Origin: a virus
Taxonomy: Duplodnaviria; Caudoviricetes
DNA: 61,730 nucleotides
Virus record (IMG/VR): IMGVR_UViG_3300042465_001781
Location: 1-61,730 of that record
Reading direction: 5' to 3' (one strand)
Part shown: positions 54,589-61,730 of the stretch, piece after piece
Numbering within the stretch: the stretch's first letter is position 1
Layout of the letters: every line of letters starts with the position of its first letter
The notes under the pieces: generated by a model
The model's database searches: none
What the model was told of the DNA's origin: nothing
Seen by the model: the letters and a program-made list of their open reading frames with translations, nothing else
Translations under genes and position numbers: made by a program

Positions 54589-56404
54589 CGCCATAACTAG
54601 CTCCATATCCTGTTTCACAATTAAGGGGTAGCTCCAACCCCCATGAGGGTCGGATTCGCATACAGAGCTCGACGTATTCCTTCCCTGTTTCAGCTTCAGC
54701 GATTGGAACTAGGGAGCCCACGGCATCATGCACCGTTATAACGACACGGTACTTGCGGTCCACGGCAAGCATCTGCTCACCAATGATAATCCGGGCTAAC
54801 GCTTGGCACACGTTCTCAATTACCTTGCCGCCATATATCCGATTAGGTATAACAGCGCGGCCTTTCTTGGTGTCGTATACAAGCTCGTTCTTGCCGTTGT
54901 CGTCTTGGTGCTTACGCAAGTTGGGGTACTTCAAGTACAGCCCGTTCGGCAGGAGGATGCCCTTGCGTCCCTCGATCTTGAGTACTCCGTTGCGCCCGAG
55001 CGTGGTGCTCTGGTTGTCCATGATGGCATCCAAAATCTTACCGGCTTCTCTCCACAGCGCCGTGATCTTGGGGTAAGTTCTCCGGTATACGTCGATGATG
55101 TTCTGAGCTTCATCTAGCGTAATAGTCACACCGAAGTTCTTCAGTTGGGTCATAAACTTGACAGCACCCATGCCATAACCGCACCCAAGAATCGTGGTCT
55201 TACCCACGAAGCGTTCACGGGTGTCAGCCTTGGTGATTGTCCGGCCATAGATAGCCGAAGCCATGATGCAGTACACATCCTCGTCACGATCAAAAGCGGC
55301 GACCAAATCTTCCTGCCCAGCCAGCCATGCCAGCGTACGGGCTTCAATCTGAGAAGAGTCCGAGTCCATGAAAACGTAGCCAGTCGGCGCAAGGATGGCG
55401 TGCTTCAGGGGCGAAGTGCGGGGCAGATTCTGTAGGTTGAGCTTGTCATCACCACCCCAACGGCCTGTGTGGGCAGCGTAATAACGAAGGGGAACTGGCA
55501 TGGGTCCACGATCAGCAATCCCAAGGAACCTCGCAGTCCGTGTCTCTTCCAGCGTAGACTTAACACCCAGTCGAGCAGCCACAATCGCCTGTACGATCAC
55601 GTTCTCGTGCTCCAATAACGCCTTGAAGCCCTCGTCATTCTTAGCGAAGGCATAAGTACCCTTGCCCGTAGTCGGACTGATCTTCATCGGCGGCTCTACG
55701 CCAAGAGACAGAAGCACGCTGGCGAGTTTGGGGTTGCTCATCAGATCGTCCTTGTCAATGAGCATCTTGCTCATCAGCATTTCTTTCTTCTCCCTAACAA
55801 TTGTTAGATGGTCGGTGAGCACCCGCTTGTCCAACTGCAACACTGGCTCGGTGAACATACGCACAGTCAGGTCGATGAGACGCAACTCCACGCCGGGGAA
55901 CCCCTCGCTCATGTGCCCGAACAACTTCCACGTCATAGCTACATCGTTCTTGCAGTAGCCGCCGTAGTCGGCAAGTTCTTCAGGGGTGAAGGTGTCTCTG
56001 AAGTAGTTGATGTACTGCTTGACCTGCTCACCCTTAACGCCCACACCGTAGTGCTCGGCAAGCACAGCCAAGCTGCCGCCGACCTCAGTGCCATGCAGCG
56101 CACGTCCCATCGACAGTGTGTCCAGCCAGCCCTTCGGCTTGATACCAAAATGGTGGCTCAGGATGAACCCATCGAACACGGCGTTGTGCGCCAGTGCAAG
56201 TGACTCGCTCCAATCAAATTGCTTCAGGAACGCAGCAGTCTCGATCATGGAACCACTGAACCACTGAGGCTCATCATTCTCTATCTGTACTGCAACACCG
56301 ATAACTTCAAAGCGGGGGTCACGTACGTACTCTTCTGTCGTCTGCTTGGCAAAGCCAAGGTCACCGCCGTAGGCAGTCTCAAAGTCAATCGTAATAATCT
56401 TCAT
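54581..56404 (-). CDS. polA: Family A DNA polymerase with 3'-5' exonuclease domain
   Basis: IDFET (ExoI), HNAVFD, DSSQIEAR (motif A), KTTILGCGYG (motif B), VHD (motif C). Confidence 0.93.
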   Translation of the reverse strand: MKIITIDFETAYGGDLGFAKQTTEEYVRDPRFEVIGVAVQIENDEPQWFSGSMIETAAFLKQFDWSESLALAHNAVFDGFILSHHFGIKPKGWLDTLSMGRALHGTEVGGSLAVLAEHYGVGVKGEQVKQYINYFRDTFTPEELADYGGYCKNDVAMTWKLFGHMSEGFPGVELRLIDLTVRMFTEPVLQLDKRVLTDHLTIVREKKEMLMSKMLIDKDDLMSNPKLASVLLSLGVEPPMKISPTTGKGTYAFAKNDEGFKALLEHENVIVQAIVAARLGVKSTLEETRTARFLGIADRGPMPVPLRYYAAHTGRWGGDDKLNLQNLPRTSPLKHAILAPTGYVFMDSDSSQIEARTLAWLAGQEDLVAAFDRDEDVYCIMASAIYGRTITKADTRERFVGKTTILGCGYGMGAVKFMTQLKNFGVTITLDEAQNIIDVYRRTYPKITALWREAGKILDAIMDNQSTTLGRNGVLKIEGRKGILLPNGLYLKYPNLRKHQDDNGKNELVYDTKKGRAVIPNRIYGGKVIENVCQALARIIIGEQMLAVDRKYRVVITVHDAVGSLVPIAEAETGKEYVELCMRIRPSWGLELPLNCETGYGASYGDC

Positions 56405-56850
56405 TTGAAAAAGCTCTTCAAGTAGTCGCTCGGGAAATTTTGCTGAACGCCTATGCCGTTCATGCTGTTACTCGCGTACTGCTGCCCAAGTGCATTGTTT
56501 TGTTGATTTGCTCGTTCCATGTCCATCTTCAGTTGTTGTGTCTGAGTCCGGATAACGGCTTTTTGGCCGAGGACGCCCGCAATACTAGCGCCAGTGCCGC
56601 CGTATTGAACTTTCTCGTATTCGTGCTCTGGCTCTTCCAGCAGCGAGTGCAGTATGGAATTGTTTATCTCGGCTCGGCGCACGTAGGCCACCCCCTCCGC
56701 CAGCAGCTTAAGTTCGTCCTCGGTCAAAACTTCTTTGACCCCCTCCCGCCAAAGAAAGTCCCACTTGTATGTATTCGCAAAGAACTCGGACGGGTTTGTT
56801 TTCATACGCCCCAGCAAAGCCGTCAGTGCGGCGCTTAAATCAAATGTCAT
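56401..56850 (-). CDS. Hypothetical protein
   Basis: ORF track; overlaps. Confidence 0.7.
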   Translation of the reverse strand: MTFDLSAALTALLGRMKTNPSEFFANTYKWDFLWREGVKEVLTEDELKLLAEGVAYVRRAEINNSILHSLLEEPEHEYEKVQYGGTGASIAGVLGQKAVIRTQTQQLKMDMERANQQNNALGQQYASNSMNGIGVQQNFPSDYLKSFFK

Positions 56851-57143
56851 TTCATGTTCTCCAATACAGCTTCTAAAACTTTTTGTGTGATCGGGTCATC
56901 AGAGACTACAAGTGCTCTACCACCAGCAGCTTCAATGTCCCGCATGTTCTTCTCCTGCAAGGCCGTCGGCACGCCCTTACCAGCCTTGGCTTCGATGGCT
57001 AGGAACTCACCGTTAACGCAGCATAGGAAGTCGGGCACTCCACTGTTACCGAACCCCGTGCCAATCGGCATCGCGTAGTACGCACCATGCTCTTTAAGAA
57101 TCTTCTTTATCTTCTCTTTGACCTTGCCCTCTGGTGTCATCAT
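56847..57143 (-). CDS. VRR-NUC family nuclease / putative Holliday junction resolvase
   Basis: E..V...GVPD...AIEAK...LQ...GG. Confidence 0.85.
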   Translation of the reverse strand: MMTPEGKVKEKIKKILKEHGAYYAMPIGTGFGNSGVPDFLCCVNGEFLAIEAKAGKGVPTALQEKNMRDIEAAGGRALVVSDDPITQKVLEAVLENMK

Positions 57144-57177
57144 AGCCTCTAATTGTACTTTGTCAATAGGTAAAGGT

Positions 57178-57249
57178 GGGGGTACTCGCTGCGTCTGTAC
57201 TTGCTACTCGGCCACAAGAATTACGCAGTTACAGCATCCGCTTTCCCCC
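57178..57249 (-). ncRNA. Candidate structured RNA with loop-E-like internal loop
   Basis: GGGGG-AAAGCGGATGCTGTA...TACAGACGCAGCGAGTA-CCCCC in an intergenic gap. Confidence 0.5.
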
Positions 57250-57255
57250 CGAAAC

Positions 57256-57495
57256 TCATGGGTTCAATTCATCTACCGCGCCAAATTTGCCGCGAGGGTG
57301 CAGCATAAGGACTGCCTTAGTAGCACCAGCTACGACCAACTCCTCCGCAGTCCATCGTGTCTGGTTGAGCCGTGGGTAGCCCGGACCTACAAAGATCGAA
57401 TCGTTCCTGTAGTGGGGCACGTATGTGACTCCCCTAGCTTGGTAGACGTGGGTCTGGACAAGCGGCACTGCATCAGCATTTTTATGTTTGGTCAT
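57256..57495 (-). CDS. Hypothetical protein
   Basis: ORF track; AGGAG RBS. Confidence 0.65.
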   Translation of the reverse strand: MTKHKNADAVPLVQTHVYQARGVTYVPHYRNDSIFVGPGYPRLNQTRWTAEELVVAGATKAVLMLHPRGKFGAVDELNP

Positions 57496-57504
57496 GTCAA
57501 CTCC

Positions 57505-58050
57505 TTAAACTTCTTTGCCGAACTCAAGGCGGTCGGCGACCAGCTTGGCGTACCCTGCGATATCAACCCAGCTATCAGCGTAGTCAGGGTCACCGTTCAC
57601 GATGCGGCCCAGCTTGTGGCAGATCATGTCGAGGGCTTCGGCTTGGTCAAGAGCAAACGACTTGTCGTGGCGAACAGCGTGTTCATGCAAAACGCGCTTG
57701 AGTTTCTGCGTGAGGGTAGCGTGGTCAATAAACTTGCCGTACTTGCTGCCTCGCTCGGCCAGTGTTGCGTCGATACCTTCAAGTGCCTTCGGTGCAGCGG
57801 TGCGGTCACGGCCTTGGGTAGCTTTGAACACCAACTCCTCCATCTCTGCCGTGGTCATTTTTGTCGCGGTATCAATAGATGTGTTGGAGCTAACAGTTGT
57901 TCCGGTTTTCCAATCGTCTTTCTTCATCTTCCCTTTGATCGTGCAGACGTAGGCATAAGACGCTTTGGTGGCCGCGCACACATCACGCAGGGTCGCGTTC
58001 GGGTTCTTGGCAATGTAGTTACGGACGGTTTGTGCTTTAGATTTTTTCAC
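57505..58050 (-). CDS. N-terminal HTH-like region plus DUF6378-like helical domain
   Basis: L.ERG..YG.F...K..RI..GD..Y.DSW.DIAGYA. Confidence 0.7.
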   Translation of the reverse strand: MKKSKAQTVRNYIAKNPNATLRDVCAATKASYAYVCTIKGKMKKDDWKTGTTVSSNTSIDTATKMTTAEMEELVFKATQGRDRTAAPKALEGIDATLAERGSKYGKFIDHATLTQKLKRVLHEHAVRHDKSFALDQAEALDMICHKLGRIVNGDPDYADSWVDIAGYAKLVADRLEFGKEV

Positions 58051-58258
58051 TTGGGTTTCCTTGGTTGGTTATGTTGTTAACGTAGTCGGCAAGAATTTCT
58101 CTGATCTTGGCTTGCTTCGAGTGAGGGTGGTGCTTAGCCAAATAGTCCAGCACCTCCTTCGGTAGTCGCAAGCTCACGCATACAAGAGTAGGCTTCTTGC
58201 TAGGGCCTCTTCCTTTGCGCTTCTTCTCTGGCTTCAAAAACTCAATCCCTGTTGTCAT
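58037..58258 (-). CDS. Ribbon-helix-helix-like DNA-binding protein
   Basis: GRGPSKKP...VSLRLPKEVLDYL...IREIL. Confidence 0.7.
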   Translation of the reverse strand: MTTGIEFLKPEKKRKGRGPSKKPTLVCVSLRLPKEVLDYLAKHHPHSKQAKIREILADYVNNITNQGNPSEKI

Positions 58259-58572
58259 GTCTGCTCCTTTTTAACTTTGTTGTAGATGGTGAACGTCTTT
58301 GGTTTCATGGCAATCACGGCTGCGGTTTTGCTGGAAATGCCAAGGGTTCCGTAGTGTGGGTCTGTCTCGCGCTTCTTCTCAACGGCTTTAGACGCGGCCT
58401 CACTGCGCTTGTAGTCACCGGGCGGCAGCAGGGGCTTGCCACCACGGCGCTCTTTCTCTTCTTCGGTGAAGCGCATGTATTCAAACGCATTGGCTAGGGG
58501 CTTGGGGGCGAGGTCTTTCAAAACAAAACATCCTTTGATGGGGTCATAACGGGACAGGGTGGCTAGTGTCAT
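58255..58572 (-). CDS. Hypothetical protein
   Basis: ORF track trimmed to MTLATL. Confidence 0.6.
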   Translation of the reverse strand: MTLATLSRYDPIKGCFVLKDLAPKPLANAFEYMRFTEEEKERRGGKPLLPPGDYKRSEAASKAVEKKRETDPHYGTLGISSKTAAVIAMKPKTFTIYNKVKKEQT

Positions 58573-58750
58573 TTGCTTTCTCCTTGGCTGCGCGGTTTTT
58601 GTTGGAGCCGCCGTGCGTCTTGCTCGGTACGATTGACTCCTCGGTTGTAAACGTGTGTTCATTGGCACACTTCCTTCGGCGCTGTACAGAGCCGCCGTTG
58701 TTCTTTGTCTGCTCGACTGTTGTCCATGTGTTACAGGTTGGGCACTTCAT
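58544..58750 (-). CDS. NrdR-like N-terminal zinc-ribbon protein
   Basis: MKCPTC...RRRKC...H.FTTEE. Confidence 0.7.
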   Translation of the reverse strand: MKCPTCNTWTTVEQTKNNGGSVQRRRKCANEHTFTTEESIVPSKTHGGSNKNRAAKEKANDTSHPVPL

Positions 58751-59114
58751 ATCGTTTCTTAGGCAGGGGACACCAGTGTGTGAAGAAGCTAGTATCGGCT
58801 TGCAGGACGCTGTACTGGGCTACGCCTCCGATGGACAGCAGTTGCAGCTTGACACTACGCGGCGTGTCCTTGTCGATGGGCATCCAGTAAGTGTCCGTTG
58901 ATACCGCCACAGCGTGGTTGGTGCTGATGGTGTGAGTAGGTGCAGTCTCTCCCGCTGTCACGCATTTGCCGCCCGCGTTTGGCGTACTTACCGGCTCGGT
59001 AGGAAATCCGTAAAAAGCCTGTGAACCGGCTGCAACTGGTGGTGTGCATGTGTGAATCGTGGTCATGTCACCCGTGCGTTTGCCGCACCTTGGGCAGAAG
59101 TTATTGTCGCTCAT
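58731..59114 (-). CDS. Hypothetical protein (NFCPRCGKR...IHTCTPP)
   Basis: ORF track trimmed. Confidence 0.65.
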   Translation of the reverse strand: MSDNNFCPRCGKRTGDMTTIHTCTPPVAAGSQAFYGFPTEPVSTPNAGGKCVTAGETAPTHTISTNHAVAVSTDTYWMPIDKDTPRSVKLQLLSIGGVAQYSVLQADTSFFTHWCPLPKKRYEVPNL

Positions 59115-59479
59115 GTGTTCTTCTCCGGTCTTTGTTCGTAACAATTCATCCCCATAAAGTCATCGGGGTGGAACAGCAGCTTGGGCATCGTTTGGCACTC
59201 GCCCTGTAGCATCCCGTCTTTTCTTGGCTCATGCTTCACGCGAACAAGGTGCTTGCAGGTATTGCAGTTAGCCTCGCTCTCGTCAAAATTGCGCTTGGAC
59301 TTCTTAAAGAAGGGCAGTGCAGTCGGGTGGCACACGTATGTACCGTTGACCTGTGGTACACATGGCCCCAAGAAGATGGACTCTTCACGCGACACCTTCA
59401 GACCTGTGTACTGGCAGGTGTACAACCCTTCAGCATCTGGCTCGTTGAGTATCGGCTTGCCGTTCGGCGCTCGCATCAT
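59111..59479 (-). CDS. Cys-rich hypothetical protein ending EKNT
   Basis: ORF track trimmed. Confidence 0.65.
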   Translation of the reverse strand: MMRAPNGKPILNEPDAEGLYTCQYTGLKVSREESIFLGPCVPQVNGTYVCHPTALPFFKKSKRNFDESEANCNTCKHLVRVKHEPRKDGMLQGECQTMPKLLFHPDDFMGMNCYEQRPEKNT

Positions 59480-59637
59480 TTCTTCTTCTCCTTGGGCCAT
59501 GTTTCCTCGACCTGTCCGCACATCCCCTCGGGTGTAAGCGATTTAATGCAGGGCTTCTCGCTGACCGCGCATATCAAGACGACTGCGTGCTTGGTGCGTA
59601 CTTTCTGGAAGTAAATACATTTCAGGCAAGGCTTCAT
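59476..59637 (-). CDS. Small Cys-rich hypothetical protein (MKPCLKC...), 53 aa
   Basis: Translated by hand; ATGA overlaps on both sides. Confidence 0.55.
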   Translation of the reverse strand: MKPCLKCIYFQKVRTKHAVVLICAVSEKPCIKSLTPEGMCGQVEETWPKEKKK

Positions 59638-59840
59638 ATGATCTTCTCCCTGAGTTCTCTGTAGAAACGAGTTTTTTCATCTTCCACTTTCCAATACCGC
59701 TTGGGGATATCAAACGTACACGTAAACGCAGACCACCACAAACGCAGGGTGACAGTCCCCTTTGAGTCGTAGTTGGCAAACTCAACCCCAAAGCTGGGGG
59801 TGATACCAATGCGCCGATGGAAATTAAAGTGTGCTGTCAT
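59634..59840 (-). CDS. Hypothetical protein
   Basis: ORF track. Confidence 0.6.
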   Translation of the reverse strand: MTAHFNFHRRIGITPSFGVEFANYDSKGTVTLRLWWSAFTCTFDIPKRYWKVEDEKTRFYRELREKII

Positions 59841-60043
59841 GTGTTCTTCTCCTCAACCATCGCTTTGCTGATTGCCAAATCAATGTCTGAATCAAACTTA
59901 GCAAAGTGTTCCTCGGCTATTGTCTGTGCAAAGGCTTGCTTGATTGCAATCAGGGCATCAAGTCTGCGCCGTTTAAAGTTGGAATGTTCAAGGTTTTCCA
60001 GCGCCTCAAGCGCCAGCTTCAGTGCTTCTTGTTCTTTAGTCAT
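59837..60043 (-). CDS. Hypothetical protein MTKEQEALKL...EKNT
   Basis: ORF track. Confidence 0.7.
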   Translation of the reverse strand: MTKEQEALKLALEALENLEHSNFKRRRLDALIAIKQAFAQTIAEEHFAKFDSDIDLAISKAMVEEKNT

Positions 60044-60672
60044 GCTTGTCCTTCGGCTTTTATGGCTCGGTCAATTGCCTCATCCAAGTTTGGGCCGCGA
60101 ATGTCTCGCAGACCCATGTGCCAGTAATGATTGCCACCCATGTCCAGCGACATTGCACGGGCCATACCCTTGATGTGTTGATAGCGGGCAGCATCCTTCT
60201 GCTCTGGCTGTGCCAAGGCGGCTTTAAGCAACCCATCGACGGCCCTGCACAGGTTGTAAAGCTGCTCCGGTAGACGTGCGCCAAATACTTCTAGGCCGCC
60301 TTCCGGTGTTGCATACCCTAATTTTGTCAGCGTTGCCTTGAGTCGTTCAAGCAGATCGACAGTGATTCCGTTATCGTCAGGCTGCACAGGTGCTGGCTGC
60401 GCTGCGGGTGGGGTGGCGGCCTGAGATTGGTAATGCTCGTAGGCTCGGCCAAGTTCTGCGCGGATGTAGTCTTGCCACCACTCCACATTTCCGCCGCCGT
60501 AGTCGTTCAATAGACCAGCGTCATATTCATCAAGGGCCACCGACTCCTGCACTGGCTGTGCCAAGGCTCGGTCAATGATCGAAATCATTTTTCCTGCGCT
60601 GACAGGTCGGTCAGCGGGGCGCTCTGCAATCCAGTCACGCACCAGCTTCAGTGCTTCTTGTTCTTTAGTCAT
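60040..60672 (-). CDS. Mosaic hypothetical protein MTKEQEALKL...GQA
   Basis: ORF track; internal ALAQP repeats. Confidence 0.75.
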   Translation of the reverse strand: MTKEQEALKLVRDWIAERPADRPVSAGKMISIIDRALAQPVQESVALDEYDAGLLNDYGGGNVEWWQDYIRAELGRAYEHYQSQAATPPAAQPAPVQPDDNGITVDLLERLKATLTKLGYATPEGGLEVFGARLPEQLYNLCRAVDGLLKAALAQPEQKDAARYQHIKGMARAMSLDMGGNHYWHMGLRDIRGPNLDEAIDRAIKAEGQA

Positions 60673-60675
60673 GCT

Positions 60676-60855
60676 TCACTTCCCCCAAAACATATGAAAC
60701 GGAAAATCTCGCTCGGTGTAGTCACGCTTTTCAAGACTAGGTGCATACTCCCATGCGTAAAAATCTGACATGTGTAACCCTTTGTTGCTTGGTTGATATA
60801 ACACTCGGCGGTAACCAAGAAAATTCATAAAGTGCCACCAAATCCAATAGGTCAT
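60676..60855 (-). CDS. Small hypothetical protein (MTYWIWWHF...), 59 aa
   Basis: Translated by hand; ATGA overlap. Confidence 0.55.
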   Translation of the reverse strand: MTYWIWWHFMNFLGYRRVLYQPSNKGLHMSDFYAWEYAPSLEKRDYTERDFPFHMFWGK

Positions 60856-61205
60856 GCTTGTCCCCTTGCTCGGATGGCAGCTTCAATACCCGCGCTTGCC
60901 GCTTGCTCGCCTTCCCATCGGCCAACAATTTGCGGCGCGGGGTTCTTACTGACGATTGGACGGCTTGGTCCGTAATCTGCCGCCACCCTTGCACACGCCT
61001 CGTTCTCAAAGGCCACCATCTTCTTGCACATCAGCGTCCATGAGGTATTGGCTCGGGCGTTGGCGGCTTCTGTGGCTGCTTCTTCGACAAGGGCGGCGAA
61101 GGCTTCAAGCCACGCCATTGTTTCGTGATTGAGACAATACGGCTCGCTAAGATTGGCTTTAGGGTCGGCCTCCCGCGCCATGTGGATGATGTCTTCTTTG
61201 TTCAT
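60852..61205 (-). CDS. Hypothetical protein MNKEDII.MARE...AIRARGQA
   Basis: ORF track trimmed. Confidence 0.7.
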   Translation of the reverse strand: MNKEDIIHMAREADPKANLSEPYCLNHETMAWLEAFAALVEEAATEAANARANTSWTLMCKKMVAFENEACARVAADYGPSRPIVSKNPAPQIVGRWEGEQAASAGIEAAIRARGQA

Positions 61206-61411
61206 GCGTCCACCCACTTCTGTTCAATCGAGCACCATGTGACATGGGAACACCATGTGAGGCAATACCCACCTACAACATCGTCAAGCTGCCCCGCAAG
61301 GCGATAGTAGTTGCCGTCTTTAAACGCCATCAGTTGCTCGTCGTGGTCTAGCTCAACAGTAACTCGGCGGCGGCGCTTCAATGTGGCGATTTCGTCTTTG
61401 ATAACTTTCAT
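61202..61411 (-). CDS. Hypothetical protein ending WVDA
   Basis: ORF track trimmed. Confidence 0.6.
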   Translation of the reverse strand: MKVIKDEIATLKRRRRVTVELDHDEQLMAFKDGNYYRLAGQLDDVVGGYCLTWCSHVTWCSIEQKWVDA

Positions 61412-61587
61412 GCGTCCACCCACACCCAGCCAAGCACCAGACGCACACCCATGCGGTGAATCCAGCGCGGTTTCTTCGGTAGGTTAAAAAGAATCCAGCC
61501 ATCATCGGCCTCGTCACCCATGCGGTAGCCGCCAACAGGCGGGGGCGGGGTGCGTATCTTGAGACTTCCTGTGTCGTATGTGTTCAT
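61408..61587 (-). CDS. Hypothetical protein (MNTYDTG...WVDA), 59 aa
   Basis: Translated by hand; GGAGGAG RBS. Confidence 0.6.
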   Translation of the reverse strand: MNTYDTGSLKIRTPPPPVGGYRMGDEADDGWILFNLPKKPRWIHRMGVRLVLGWVWVDA

Positions 61588-61603
61588 TTCTCCTCCCTCA
61601 AAA

Positions 61604-61730
61604 TCATCTCCTCCAACACAGCATTCGCTGTAAGCAAATCATCACTGACAAAAGTGGGCAGTGGGTTGTTTGTGCTGTATGCCCAAGACTCAAGTGCCGA
61701 CAGCAGCTTGAGAATGCGTAGTGCGTCTAG
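61604..61730. repeat. Terminal direct repeat copy 2
   Basis: Identical to 1-127. Confidence 0.93.

Noticed and set aside
57139-57166. TTGACA-16-TATGAT promoter on the minus strand
   Set aside because: The -10 overlaps the VRR-NUC start codons; it could serve downstream genes, but support is too weak
1-61730. tRNA genes, integrase/att site, RNA polymerase, reverse transcriptase/DGR, recoded genetic code
   Set aside because: No supporting motifs seen; core genes are intact in the standard code

Overview
The window is very probably one complete, circularly assembled genome of a tailed dsDNA phage (about 61,603 bp). Bases 1-127 are identical to 61604-61730, and a 51-aa ORF reads through the join. 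There are two transcription blocks. The minus-strand early/replication block runs 11598->1/61603->47100. It carries many small genes, a MoxR-like AAA+/VWA-metallopeptidase pair, family A DNA polymerase, a Cas4-like exonuclease, an SNF2 helicase, a putative SSB and a primase-helicase. The plus-strand late block (12019-47029) carries terminase, portal, a GroES-like co-chaperonin, capsid, podovirus-like tail and fibre proteins, holin plus GH108 endolysin, and large internal (ejection) proteins. I saw no integrase, RNA polymerase, tRNA or cas operon. The most notable unexplained signals are: (1) 17 copies of a TAACA-NN-TGTTA palindrome, clustered in the early region and mostly next to translation starts; (2) three candidate structured RNAs, one doubly pseudoknotted; (3) a shared [FYM]xxGG / ADGxAxxGKTxG peptide motif across many virion-region proteins; (4) small-gene cassettes joined by identical RBS/stop-start linkers; (5) a repeat-rich non-coding region at about 10.3-11.1 kb. 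All protein calls come from motifs and synteny read by eye; no database search was run.
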